Positions 12,535-25,370 are shown, numbered from the whole stretch's first letter. The stretch is 63,438 bases of DNA, filler included, from Octopus bimaculoides (GCF_001194135.2; 6 parts of 5 records of this genome joined end to end with filler, not necessarily neighbours in it), one strand, 5' to 3'. Made by a program: numbers and translations. Notes: generated by a model from the letters alone, not told the origin.

Positions 12535-12661
12535 GAAACAATTATGGTTTCAAGAAAAAGCTATATATATATATATATATATAGATAAACATATATATAT
12601 ATGTATATATATATATATATGCATATATATGCATATATATATATGTGTGTGTGTGTGTGTA

Positions 12662-13030
12662 TGTGTATCGTGGCATTCCGTCGGTTACGACGACGAGGAT
12701 TCCAGTAGATCCGATTAATGGAACAGCCTGCTCATGAAATTAATCGTGAAAGTGGCTGAGTACTCCACAGACACGTGTATCCTTAACGTAGTTCTCGGGG
12801 AGATACGTCGTGACATACTGTGTGACAAAGCTGACCCTTTGAATTACAGGCACAACAGAAACAGGAAGTAAGAGTGAGAGAAAGTTGTGGTGAAAGAGTA
12901 CAGCAGGGTTCGCCACCACCCCCTGCCGGATCCTCGTGGAGCTTTAGATGATTTTGCTCAAACACTCACAACACCCGGTCTAGGAATCGAAACTGCGATC
13001 CTACAACCGCGAGTCTGCTGTCCTAACCAC
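12662..13030 (-). mobile_element. tRNA-derived SINE (second family)
   Basis: Reverse strand starts GTGGTTAGGACAGCAGACTCGCGG...GTTTCGATTCC (B box). Body resembles 49510-49830. Confidence 0.8.
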
Positions 13031-13544
13031 NNNNNNNNNNNNNNNNNNNNNNNNNNNNNNNNNNNNNNNNNNNNTTAATTAATTAANNNNNNNNNNNNNN
13101 NNNNNNNNNNNNNNNNNNNNNNNNNNNNNNATATATATATATATAGTGCATCGCACCAGTATTACTTGGGCTACTCATGACAGACCAAAATTATATACAA
13201 CACAAGACTGAACGTTAATCGCTACATTTCATCATACATATTGTTTATTTCAACAGGATGATTTTTAAAGTCATGAGCCAATATAGCCTAACTGAAATTA
13301 GGTTACTTGCTGGTCCCTCTCTCTCTTATTATTATAGTATAGATTACTGTATCTAGTAGTAATACAAACTAAATTTTTCAAAAACATGATAATTTTTAAT
13401 CTCTACTCAATCTCCCATTGGTAGTATGCACGTTAGATGAAAGGAAAATTTTGTAGTTTTTTTGGGGGAAAAACTGCATCCAGTAGCTATCTCGAGTATT
13501 TTGTTGAGTGCTGCGTTTTTTCTAGCATGTTATTAAAGCCCTAT

Positions 13545-15290
13545 GATGCCCGCCCAAATGCCCTACAACTTCTAAGGCTTCTGGCAGTGAACCTAAGCAC
13601 CAGAAAAAGGTTATGACGCTCCATGAGAAGGTACAACTGCTGGATATGTTCCGGGAAGGTAAGTTATGCTGCAGTAAGTCGCTATTATGTTGTCAACAAA
13701 AGCACCATATGCTATATAAAGAAGAACAAAGTGGCAATCAGGACTACCGTAGCAGTAAGTTTCTGTGAAAGTGCCAAAAAGATAACAATAGTGAGAAATA
13801 AGCACTTCATCAGGATGAAATCTGCCTTGGCATTGTGGATCAGAGACTGCCAGAAGAAAAACATCCCTTGAGCGGTGGTAACATCAATCACAAAAAAGCG
13901 CTGAAATTATACCAGTGGTTCGACAGAGATGGAGCAGAAGGCACCAAAGAACAGCAACCAAGACCATTGACAGCACCAGAACCTGAAGATTTTCAAGCCA
14001 GCAAGGGATGGTTTGACCGTTTCCAGAAACGGTTTAAAATAAAGCGCGTTTCCCTGCATGGAGAGACAGCATCAGCCAACAAAGAACCTGTCAAGAAGTA
14101 CCTCAAGAACTTCAGGCAGATCATTGAAGACAAGGGATACAAGCCGGAACAGGTTTTCAATATGGACAAGACTGGCATGTTCTAGAAGAAGATGCCTTCC
14201 AGAACGTACATCATGAAGGACGAAACCAGAGCCCCAGAATTTAAGGCACAGACAGACAAAGTGATGCTAATTATGTGTGGCAATGCTGCTGGCTTCATGA
14301 TGAAACCAGGATTTATCTACAAGTCTGCGAACCCAAAGGCCTTCAAAAAAAAGAATAAAAACCTGCTGCCTGTCCATTGGATGCACAACCCCAAGGCCTG
14401 GATTACCAAAAGTCTAACTTTGAATTGGTTCCATCAATGCTTTATCCCTTAAGCCAAGGAATACCTCCAAAACGTATGCATGGAATTCAAGGTGTTGCTT
14501 GTTATAGATAATGCTGGTGGTCACTCATTGGATCTGAATCATGAGGGAGTCCAAGCTGAGTTCCTCCCTGCCAACACCACCTCCCTCATCTAGCCTATGG
14601 ATCAAGGCATGAGCCATGCCTTTAAGGCACTTTACACTAGGAACTCTCAAACACCTTGTGGACGCAATGGATTCAGACAAGAATTTCAAGTTAAATGAGT
14701 ACTGGCGTAACTTCACGATTGCAACATGCCTGTCAGTCATCCACACAGCTCTTAAACACATGAAAACAGAAACCCTCATCATACGCTGGGAGAATGTGTG
14801 GCCAGGACTACAAGGGCTTCTCATCTGCAGATATTCAGCACAAGGCTGTCAACAATGTGATGAAACTGGCAAAGGTACTTGGCAAAGGTTTTGACGACAT
14901 CACACAAGATGAGGTCAATGACCTCATTGATGCCCACTCTGAAACCCTGACAGACAAAGATTTGTTGGAGTTAACGAAGTCTGCCAGCAAAGAGGAGAAG
15001 GAAGAACCAGATCCAGAGGAAGAGGAGGATGAGGTGGGCCTGGCAGTCGAATGTCTGTCCAACCTTTTAAGGACAGCAAAGGAATTGCAAGGGAAGGCAG
15101 AAGCATGAGATCCTTATATGATTCAGTCTCTCCAATTTAAAAATATCATTGATGCTGCCGTGCAGACATATAAAACTCTCCTCACCACCATGAAGAAACA
15201 ACGACAGCAACTTCGAATCACAATTTTCCTCAAGGCCACCAAGAAAACCTTGCACAAAGACATCCCCTAAAACACCTGAAGAGCTTTAAA
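13545..15290 (+). mobile_element. Tigger/pogo transposase pseudogene (Tigger1-like)
   Basis: CENP-B-type HTH (VMTLHEKVQLLDM), FQASKGWFDRFQKR, QVFNMDKTG, LLVIDNAGGH and FLPANTTSLI*PMDQG, interrupted by stops and frameshifts. Confidence 0.92.
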
Positions 15291-15701
15291 TCTTCTTTGC
15301 TGTGCAGTCATTACCTTCATTATTTTCATCATCATTTTAAATCAATATCATTTATTATTGGTGAGTAACCGTACATTTTACTTTATTTTCTATTAAATTA
15401 CTATTAAATGATATATNNNNNNNNNNNNNNNNNNNNNNNNNNNNNNNNNNNNNNNNNNNNNNNNNNNNNNNNNNNNNNNNNNNNNNNNNNNNNNNNNNNN
15501 NNNNNNNNNNNNNNNNNNNNNNNNNNNNNNNNNNNNNNNNNNNNNNNNNNNNNNNNNNNNNNNNNNNNNNNNNNNNNNNNNNNNNNNNNNNNNNNNNNNN
15601 NNNNNNNNNNNNNNNNNNNNNNNNNNNNNNNNNNNNNNNNNNNNNNNNNNNNNNNNNNNNNNNNNNNNNNNNNNNNNNNNNNNNNNNNNNNNNNNNNNNN
15701 N

Positions 15702-16190
15702 TGTTGAGCAAGACACTTTATTTCACATTGTTCCAGTTCACTCGGCTGTAGAAATAAGTTGCAATGTCACTGGTGCCAAGCTGTATTGGCTTTTGTCTTT
15801 CCTTGGATTACATCAGTGGTGTGGAGAGGGGAGGCTGGTATGCATAGGCGACTGCTGGTCTTCCATAAAAAATCTTGCCCGGACGTGTGCATCAGAGCAA
15901 CTTTCTAGGTGCAATCTCATGGTCATTCATGATCAAAAGGGGGTCTTTACTCTTCTCTCTGTATATATGAAGTGGGGTGGGGGGGGATCTTTTTGCTTGT
16001 CCTCCACCACACCTGACAACTGGTGTTGGTTGTTTATGTCCCTGTAATTTAGCAGTTCAGCAAAAAGCAGCTCTTATAATAACTACCAGGCTTAAGAAAA
16101 AAAGTACTGGGGCAGATTTGTTTGAAGGGTTTTCCTCCAAGACAGTGTCCCTGCATGGCCATAGTCTAATGACTGAAACAAGTAAAAGGC
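15702..16190 (+). mobile_element. SINE body and 3' tail (head lost in the gap)
   Basis: GAGCAAGACACTTTATTTCACATTGTTCCAGTTCACTC core shared with 21490-21760, 37400-37650 and 49510-49830. Tail ATGACTGAAACAAGTAAAAG. Confidence 0.7.
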
Positions 16191-17279
16191 ATAATTCAAC
16201 AAGTCAAGAAATAGAAGGTATGTGTGATTAAGATATTGAATTTCTATTACAAAGCTATAAGTTTATAGACACTTAACAACCCTAAGGTTTTCTATTTATT
16301 TAAAATACAATTATTTAACTGAGTAAGGCCAGTAGAGTATTAATAAATAAATAAATAACGTTTATATTAGTTTCTTGCCTCTATGATTTGAATTCAATCC
16401 CTCTGAGATAGTCTTTGCCTTTTGTCAACCCAAGAATGAGAAAATGAATACCAGTACATACTGGCTCAATTCAATCAACTATATCCTTCCCTTATAAATT
16501 TTAGGCCTTGTACTTATGTAAGAAATCATGTTGGTGTTGGTGCTTTTTTAGCTCTTATGGTCAAAAGCATTCCAGTTTTGACAATGACCTCTTTCAGCAC
16601 ATTCAAATCTACATGTCCAGTGGGCGCTTACTATTTTTAAAATGGTAGAAGAGAATATGAGGGTGATTAGACAGCTAGCAAACCAAGAGACCATGTAGAG
16701 GCCCTTTCTAGGCTCATAATATACTGAATAGGCAACAAGTGATGATATTTACATCATTAAAACACTGTACCACTATATCAATGCTTCACATTTTTTCTCA
16801 CCCACTGCACCTATTCAATGCCTCTATTGATATCACAAGATAGCAGGACATAATCATTCAAAAATGGTAACACTTCTTTAATTTACTCAAAAGTAAATTA
16901 CAACCCATTATATGTTACAGTAGAAATATAGATTCATATATGTTACACTATATGTCATGTCTCATACCTGATGCTTCAGAATTACATAAATATTTATAAA
17001 CTGAAATCAAATTTTCACCACAAGGCTATAACTGGAACTATAGGACAGAAGTATCTATATCATTTTATTACACAAATGTTATTTTCCTACATCAAAATGC
17101 TGCCCAATGGAAAATCCACTGTCCACTCTAATAAGAGGGTAGCATTTCTAATAATAAATCATTGCTTTAAATTAGGGACCAGCAATTTCTTTTCGTAATG
17201 GCCCACCAGATTATTTTTCTACTATTTTTTTTACATTTGCTCATGCTTCCCTCACCCATCCGCCCCTACCTAACATATG

Positions 17280-18032
17280 CAGGGTGCGGTGAATAAATTG
17301 TCGTCCAAATTACACAAAAAGGAATATAACACTGATATCTCATTTTAACAGATATATTTACCAAAATTATATAAAAATATCTTCAAATACAAGAGTATCT
17401 GATCCTGGCAGAAATTTTCTCATCTGAGAAAAACCAAAGCATGTTCAGTTGGAGGGGATACTTGAGTTTGTTCAAAAGCTTCATAGTATGGTCTTTCCTC
17501 TAGTCCTTGATGGCTTGGGAAAAAAAGTTGGCCATTTCTTATCTTGTATGAAGAATACTGAATGTCTTCATGCACTACCTACCTGATAAGAAACTCGGAC
17601 ACTCCCTGGTGATGGACCTGATTGATTTGGGGGGATTGTTGTCAATCATGGCTTGAATCTCCAACAATCATGGCCTCAATCACCAACAAATTCAAGAGTT
17701 CTTTTCTTATCGGAACGACCAGAGTGAGCTTTCCGTACCATCATAATCACCATTAGACTCATCCAACTCTTTTCAAACCCTCTGCATTGTCCTCAGATTG
17801 ACACTCAAACACTCTGAAATGTTCATATTGAAGCTTCCAGCAATTAATGCCAAGCAGTACAGCATGTCATTTCCAAATTTCTGCTGAGTGAATTGCATCA
17901 TGGTGCTGTTTTTCTCACAGATAGTGCCCAACTAACCCTACTATACTGTGTAGTCAACAAAGTTAAAAACAAACAACATGCATGTGTGACATTAAAAATA
18001 TAAAATGGCGATAATTTATCTATTGCACCCTG
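17280..18032 (-). mobile_element. Internally deleted Tc1/mariner (maT-like) element
   Basis: TIRs CAGGGTGCGGTGAATAAATTGTCG / CGATAATTTATCTATTGCACCCTG followed by TA. Minus strand reads VRKAHSGRSDKKRT. Confidence 0.75.
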
Positions 18033-18321
18033 TATATGTTTTACATGTAAAAATATCCCCACACATCCTCACTAACACTATCTTCATCACAGGCAATATT
18101 TCTGTAAACAAAAACTTAACTGCTCATGATATAAAAGACATCTAAACCCATCAACTATCCAATGATAAGCAAATACATTAAACTGCAAAATGTTTTACAA
18201 AAGGTCTAAGGCCCGCAGAAGACATAATAATGGCCCAACTTTTGCCAAACTCTGCTTTAAATAAAATATAAAGATAGTGAAAGAAAAACCCAAAATACTT
18301 TTTATGTATTTTTTTTTTTAC

Positions 18322-18411
18322 CTGTGCAGAATCTTCGTCAACATGTAAACTTGCTGGTGCATAACTCCTGTTTGGAGTAATACTAGCTTTTGGCTGCTTT
18401 TTCTTTAAACT
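18322..18411 (-). CDS. RHBDF: Inactive rhomboid (iRhom) exon, cytoplasmic N-terminal region, 90 nt, phase 0-0
   Basis: Acceptor TTTCCTTTCTCTAG, donor CAG/GTAAAA. Reads SLKKKQPKASITPNRSYAPASLHVDEDSAQ. RSYAPAS matches the RSFTPAS segment that follows RRRKRESV in vertebrate iRhom1 (recalled sequence). Confidence 0.8.
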
Positions 18412-18884
18412 CTAGAGAAAGGAAAAACAAAATAGCTGTGAGATGAAATGGAATAAAGGGTTCAGGTTAAACAAAAATAGATTTGAAAGTAAAGCTACAC
18501 AACAAATACAGATTTCTAACTCATGTTAACAAATATTTATAAAGAGAAAGAAAAACTGGAGAGATAAAAAGAGTTTTTATACAATATTGTAATATATATT
18601 TACAGAGAAATATTTTTGATTAATAAAAAAGAAATAGAAAATTTACATAAAGACACCAACTATTGCCATCACCAATGTCTTTGACATATCAACAATGTCT
18701 TCTTCAATTTCACATCATCACCTACTCTCAAGATAGTGCATTAGCAGAGATATTAAAGCATCAAATAGAATGTCATACCTCTCTGCACTCTGAGTTTATA
18801 CCCTACTGAGGTCATCATTACCTTCCATCCCGTCAGGGTTAATAAATATGGTACAAGACAACTACTGGGATTCGATTCTTTTTC

Positions 18885-19110
18885 TTTTCTCTTTTACTCT
18901 TTTATTTGTTTGTCATTTGACTACAGCTATGCTGGAGCACCGCCTTTAGTCGAACAAATCAACCCCAGGACTTATTCTTTGTAAGCCTAGTACTTGTTCT
19001 ATTGGTCTCTTTTGCCGAACCACTAGGTTACAAGGATGTAAACACACCAGCATCGGTTGTCAAGCGATGGTGAGGGGACAAACACAGACACACACACAAA
19101 CCCACACACG
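18885..19110 (-). mobile_element. 3' half of the microsatellite-containing SINE
   Basis: GCTGGAGCACCGCC...TAAGCCTAGTACTT...GTCAAGCGATGGTG matches 9735-9920. Confidence 0.75.
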
Positions 19111-19149
19111 ACGCATTATTTATGGGATGACCCAATAAATATATATGTA

Positions 19150-19189
<40 letters not shown>

Positions 19190-20329
19190 TAGCATTTTAT
19201 GCCCATTCTTTCCATGCCTTCATAGGTTTGATGAATCTATCACAATCTTTAATTAAAGATATGTAGATAAAACCAATATCTGTCACTGGGTATGATTTTT
19301 TGGCATGGTTTTCTATTGCCAACCACTTTACAGCAAGAAGTAGGTGTATTTTATTGCACTACCAGTACTAGACTGGTTGCCTTCACTACAGCTTCTGAAT
19401 CCATGTCTCCTCTCTCCTCTGTGTGATTACAGTTGAGTCCATTTTGTATACTTTCTATATTTGTATACTTTGAATCTTTTGTATATGTTTATACACTTTT
19501 TACGTCCAATGTCCACCATCTTAGAGAGCTTGCTTCCACTACACAGATGTCATTACTTCCCATAATGTAAGGGTTACTTAATTAGTAAGGAAATCCATGA
19601 TGATAGTCTAAGACCATGGATTTCAGTGTGTCAGCTTTGATCAAGGAGACTATGTATGATCAAAATTATTTATACCATTACCATCTCAACTTTTTCCCAG
19701 ACACAGCATACCTAGAACCACATTATCCAATGTTATTGGTTTTAAGATGGTAGGGTATGATGTGAGAGAGATTTAGTTGTTATTTCTAACATATCAAGTA
19801 AGTGAGTAAAGGCATCCTCATTTGAGTTTTCATATTGTCTGGTTGTGAGTCTTTAAGCCACAACTGTTTCTAAGTGCACTAATAATCTTCCAGGTTGGAC
19901 ATCTGGGAAACGAGCAACATCATCTGAGTCTTTTGTACAGTACCCAGGTGCTATAAATGATACCAATTATTTCTCTACATTTTACACTGTACCCCTACTT
20001 TTTGTCCCTTGTCACCTCCCCCTCCCCGACTCCCTCCTTTTTTTCTTCCTTCACTTCCCTCTCCTCCAAAGTGATATTCACTCCATCCAACTTAATAACT
20101 CAATCCACATTTCTAATTATCTGACACACTAATTTCCCTCTAGTACACTTATCTACCTATCCACCCACCTTTTCTGTTCTTCTAGCCTATTCTCTCTTTC
20201 ATATTTACCTTGTATGTTGACCTCATATCTCTCTCTCTCTCTCTCTTTCTTTCCTGATGGGGAGGCCATGTACTCAATTCTTCAACAAGGCAACTGCTCC
20301 TGTCTTTCTGTCATACATTTCCCTCAATA

Positions 20330-20785
20330 CTTCACCCTACTCAGCTGAAGGTGCTTGTCATGTGGGTACCTAGTAATCTCACTAATGCTGCTGCTATGAA
20401 AAAAAGCACCAAGTACACCCTGTGAAGTGGCTGGGATTAGGAAAGGCATCCAGATTTATTTCAAACTGTCCAATACATGCCAGCATTGGAAAAGAGATAC
20501 TAAACGATGACGATGATGATGGTGTGTGTGTACATTTAAGACCCATCAAGCCAAATAAAACCACAATAATGGCAGATACAGGTGTCATGCAAATAGCACC
20601 CATGCCGGTAGCATGTAAAAGCACCCATTACACTCTCAGAATGGTTGACGTTAGGAAGGGCATCCAGCCATAGAAACCATGCCAAATCAGACTGGAGTCT
20701 GGTGCAGCCTTCCAGCTTGCCATCCCCGGTCAAACCATCCAACTCATGCCAGCATGGGCAACGAATGTTAAATGATGATGATATT
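20330..20785 (+). mobile_element. RTE-LINE 3' tail-type repeats (two partial units)
   Basis: GTAAAAGCACCC...TAGAAACCATGCCAAATCAGA...CATGCCAGCATGG...AAATGATGATGAT also forms the 3' end of the RTE copy at 27560-27910. Confidence 0.7.
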
Positions 20786-21068
20786 TATGTGAGATTGAAT
20801 GTTTACAGACTGTGCTTTGCATGAAAGCATCAAGTTTTTTTTTAAAAATCATCTCCTATCTCTGCACTTTTGAAGACAAGTGAAATAAATACCTTACTTG
20901 AAAAACAAGTAAAGTTTAGTGACAGGAAAGGCGTCCAGCTATAAAACAATACCTCAGTAATATGAGTTCATCTAGACAAGGCCAACATAGAAAAACAGAC
21001 ATAAAAACAAAATTTCATTCCAATCAGAGCTGAACCAATCAGTGAACAGTACCAAAAATTTTACTCAC

Positions 21069-21399
21069 AGCAATTGTTACCATGCCTTTTAATGTTAATG
21101 ATACTACTGACTCTTTCCGTTTCCTTCTGGGTTGTAGTCTTTTGTAGGTGGTACTGGTGCTGTCACTTGAGTGAGACAAGTGATAACTTGGTCGTTTGTA
21201 AGGGTCATGTATTGCTTGGGGAACTGCCTGCAAATATAAACTTGAGTCTACTTGATCTTCCATTGATGTTCTCAAATAATCGTCTTTGAGTTTGCCAATG
21301 GTGTTATAATATCGTAAACGTCGATTATGCCATTCCATTTCTTGCCTTTCATTCTCTTTGCCAACTCCAAAGAAATCTGCAACGGTGTTCTTCATGGTG
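21069..21399 (-). CDS. RHBDF: Inactive rhomboid (iRhom) exon, 331 nt, phase 2-0
   Basis: Acceptor TTTTTTCTTTTTTTCCATAG, donor GCT/GTGAGT. Reads TMKNTVADFFGVGKENERQEMEWHNRRLRYYNTIGKLKDDY...RRKRKESVVSLTLKGMVTIA, matching iRhom1 TADWFGVSKD...YGKLK...RRRKRESV (recalled sequence). Confidence 0.9.
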
Positions 21400-21489
21400 C
21401 TATGGAAAAAAAGAAAAAATGAAAAGATAAAATAAGTCAACAGGCAATCTATAATCATACAGGGGTGAGTTTTGTGAGCCTTTAGGTCA

Positions 21490-21760
21490 CAGGAGTACCA
21501 GTAAAGGTAAAGTTACCTTCTCAAGCCATGTCCACTCATAGGGGCCAGTTTCCTGGTTTCCGTGACATATAAATTCCCCACCTGGATGGGACGCTGGTCT
21601 GTCACAGGATTACTTATTTTTGCCAGCTGAGTGGCCTGGAGCAATGTGAAATGAAGTGTTTTGCTCAAGAACACAGCACGTCGCCCATTCCAGGAATCAA
21701 AACCACACTCTTATGATCATAAGTCCAACACCCTAATCACTAATCCACACACCTCCACAT
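21490..21760 (-). mobile_element. tRNA-derived SINE
   Basis: Reverse strand shows a tRNA-like head, GGTTTTGATTCC, then TGTGTTCTTGAGCAAAACACTTCATTTCACATTGCTCCAG core. Confidence 0.75.
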
Positions 21761-22087
21761 ACAGAAGCACCAGTGCCTAAATCTGGAGTATCTGGGGCAA
21801 ATAAACCTGATGACTCCATTCTTTACCAAAATATAACCACAAGATAAGTTGAATGCAAGCTAATGGTGCAGAAGTTAAACACGCTCTGCAGTACCTGTAT
21901 ACAGTTGAGTGAACTAGACCAGTCGTTCACAAACTTATTTTGTCCTTAGAAGCCAACCCTTATATGATTTTCCAAAAATCATGAAAATTGCATGTATGGA
22001 CAAAGCCTTGCCACTTTAATTTTAGTAAAACATTTAATGAAACAGGAACGATTTTAGAGAGATGTATTATCAATAAAAAAAGACTTG

Positions 22088-23368
22088 AAGGGTGTTCAGG
22101 CTAAATCTGACAATTTTTCATGTTTTCATTTTTCAAGAACAGTTTGATGTATTGGTGAACAGTCAATGGCATTAGATTATCATTGTAGCTGAGAAAAAGT
22201 TAGCTAACACAGAGGACTTGAAGCCATCTGAATATTGGAAAAGAGTTACCTGTATTGTGATGATTTGTGCAAGGTATCAAAATGACTACTACTCAATGCT
22301 CTGTGAACATTGTAAAGGTCGTAAGACATGAGAAAGACAGCTGCCATGGAGACTAAAAAAAACGTGGCCAGCAGGAAGAGACACAGCAGGAAGAGACATA
22401 GCAGGAATTCTGATTGCATCCACACATCGGAATCCATCAAACAATTTGCCGGATAAGGTGATGGAAGATTGATCCAAGCAAGGGATTCCAGGCTTTGGTA
22501 AAAGAAAGACAAGTGTTGGAATCACCACCATGAAGCTGGCCCTGAATAAGGACCTTCGCTACCAATCATACACAAGGCCCAAGGGACAAATTCCAACAGC
22601 CAGAGCCAAAGAGAAACACATGAGGAAGACAAAGAAGCTACTGAACAAGCTGAGGCATCACGCTGAGCTAAGGATGATCTGGTTATGTTTAGATGAAAAG
22701 GACTTCTGCCAAGACCAATTGCATAACACCTAGAATAATAGTGGCTTTCCTACAATCCATATGATGTCCCACATAACATAAAAATCAAGTTCCCCAAACC
22801 ATGATGGTCTTAGTGTGTGTCTCAAGTGAGGGTGACATCATACCATCCTACATCTATGAAGAGGGCCTTAGGCTCAATTCAGACAGCTATGTGAAACTGC
22901 TGGAAACTGTAATCAATCCCTGGCTGGAGACGGTTGCTACTGGAAGATCATTTGTGGCACAGCAGGATTCAGCTCCTTGCCATACCTCTGGAAAGAATCA
23001 GAAGCAGCTGTTGGAGAATTTTTACAACTTTACCAGCCAGCCCCAATTGAAATTCCATAGATTACTATGAGAAGAATGCAGTCGAGAAAGACACCAACCA
23101 CTCTGCCTGCAACACCAAAGGCAAACTGATGGCCAAGATCAAGGAAGTGCTCAAAGATCTTCCCAGGGGCACAGTGAGGAATACATGTATCAAGTTCTGG
23201 ACTTGAGGCTGTAGTGGAAACTGAGAGCAGCTACTTTGAGTAATCTGTTATCGCCCAATCTTAAAGTAGTTGATCTTTTTTATTTTTTAAAATACTTTTA
23301 TTTTTGAACGGAATATTGTACTTCTTTTGCCTTTTTATGCAAATTGTCAAATTAACCCAAACACCCTG
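22088..23368 (+). mobile_element. Tc1/mariner (maT/DD37D-like) transposon, inactivated
   Basis: TIR-like ends AGGGTGTTCAGGCTAAATCTGACA / TGTCAAATTAACCCAAACACCCTG followed by TA. LDEKDFCQD, MMVLVCVSSEG and QQDSAPCHTS motifs. Confidence 0.88.
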
Positions 23369-24170
23369 TAACTTATTTTAAAAATCATCTGTTTGTTTTA
23401 TAAAATTCTTATTAAATTTTATTAAAAGACCACTCTCCTTTATCGTCTAGAATCTCAGAATTCTTTCAACTGTGAACCCAGTTTGGGAAAGGACTGCATC
23501 ATTGGAGAGTCAAACATCTGACCACAGACAGACAATGAACCACTGTATTCATGACTGGTTATCCAGTATTCTATGCACTCAGTTAGCTGGGTTTGTAAAC
23601 ATAGAATGATATGTTGTAAATTACTACAGTTATGAGAGAGTACCATCAAAGGCTTCATTTGCATGTAGTGGTTCAAGATATGATGAAACTCTCACTGAAA
23701 GCAGTTTAACCTGAACTATACAGAATTTTTTTAAAATTCATACAGCACTCATAAGCAATGTGTTCATGGATAGGTGGACAAGGTACACAGTTATCATTGT
23801 AGAACTGAAATGCAATACAATTATTCCCTCTTTTTCTATCCACATACATATTGTATGGACAAATTACTTAGAATCATTGTAACACATAATGTTAGAAAGA
23901 AAAACCAAAAACCAAACATTCTTTAGTACATTATAGCAATGGAACATAATACTGTTAACACACCAGTCATTTCATGTTCGCTCGAGTGCCTAGGAAATTG
24001 TCAAAACTATGCAACTTGATCTATTCTGTTTACTTTAAACCTCCAACATTAGTGGGTTTAAAAACAGTGTGTTCATGTTTCACTTTTTCGATATCAGTGA
24101 AGAATTTCACTGGAAAAATATACATAAGGTTGCCAAGAATTTATATCTCTCATCGAAGGTCGGTAGCTAT

Positions 24171-24215
24171 CGGACGCTGACGAAGGGAAATAACCCTGAA
24201 ACCCGGGTCCGTTCG
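24171..24215 (+). ncRNA. Intact type I hammerhead ribozyme, family C, capping a rod-like stem (24130-24254)
   Basis: CGGACG-CTGACGA-AGGG-AAATAA-CCCT-GAA-ACCCGGGT-C-CGTTCG. All core nucleotides present, GUC cleavage triplet (cut after 24209), 6-bp stem I, 4-bp stem II. Confidence 0.92.
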
Positions 24216-24989
24216 TGCTACGATCACGATGAGAGGGATAACTTCCCTTGGCAAAACAAACAGGACACAGTAGTGTGTCAATAAGCCAGCTAGAGGAGAT
24301 GTCCTCCTGGGGCTAAAGCAACAGTAACATCCACCCCTAGGGGTCAGCCACACTTAAGTGGCAATACACTTCACTTTATCGTGCAGTTACTGTTAATACT
24401 TCATTTAGAGAATTAACATTNNNNNNNNNNNNNNNNNNNNNNNNNNNNNNNNNNNNNNNNNNNNTTAATTAATTAANNNNNNNNNNNNNNNNNNNNNNNN
24501 NNNNNNNNNNNNNNNNNNNNATATATATACATATTTATATATATTGTTGTATTTCGGGATAGCCATTTTTTTTTGCCAAATAAACACACACACTATATAT
24601 TTGTTCTTCACTCATTTATTACTGTTCTTATTCTATCACATTGCCCAGCGACACTTTTTGTCTTCGCGTGTGCTCTTGTTCAACTTATTTCGTTCTGTTC
24701 TTCTATGATGTGCATCCTTATGTACACATGTGATTGTGCCTGTGTTTGTGCATGTGTGTATGCTTGTGCATGTATTATTGTTCTTAGTAGAACTGCTACT
24801 ATCCTAGGACCTGAAAATTTGATACAGTTCCTATATCTCTTTGTATTTTGTGTTTGCCCATGGAGTTGCCATTGTGGTAGTTGTTGTTATTGCCATCGTT
24901 GCCACCACCACTGATGCTGTCATTGTTAGTCGTGTTGTTGATACTGTTGTGGCCATCTGTGAAGTTATTGTGTATGTGTCTGGTAGATG

Positions 24990-25370
24990 CTGTCTCCCAA
25001 GCGTTGAGTGAGGTAGTTAAGGAGAACTCAGTGTGCAACTTTCTGTTGGCAGACTACTGCACACTTATCACCACCACAGAGGCTCAGATGCAGCAGAGCA
25101 TGAACTGCTTTTCCACTGCCTGCAACAACTTTGGCCTGGCAATTGGTACTCAGAAGACAGAGGTCATGCACCAACTTACCCCATGAAAGCAGTATGTGGA
25201 GCCAGCTATCACTGTCGAAAAAGGAAAACCCTGAAGGTTGTTAAGTTCATATATGATGGCATACTCCCCAGATCTGTGAACATTGATGACAAAGTTGACA
25301 CACACATTGCAAAGGAAAGTTCAGCATTCGGGTAGCTACATGAATCAGTATGAAAAATAAAAAAAATTCC
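24990..25370 (+). mobile_element. RTE (BovB-like) LINE RT fragment
   Basis: FLLADYCTLITTTEAQMQQSMNCFSTACNNFGLAIGTQKTEVMHQ is the RT motif 5-6 region of RTE elements. Confidence 0.8.

Noticed and set aside
18045-18102. Possible next iRhom exon (acceptor TTTTTGTTTACAG)
   Set aside because: The required phase 0 frame hits a stop after four codons, and no convincing donor lies before the transposon end.
21039-21458. Whole 139-aa ORF as a gene
   Set aside because: Both ends run into intron sequence. Only 21069-21399 is exon.
22246-22512. Minus-strand ORF with CAG/GTAACT donor as an upstream iRhom exon
   Set aside because: It is the antisense of the maT transposase N-terminus inside the 22088-23368 element.
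23455-23710. Upstream iRhom exon candidate
   Set aside because: The frame from the best acceptor stops after 26 codons and shows no similarity to iRhom.
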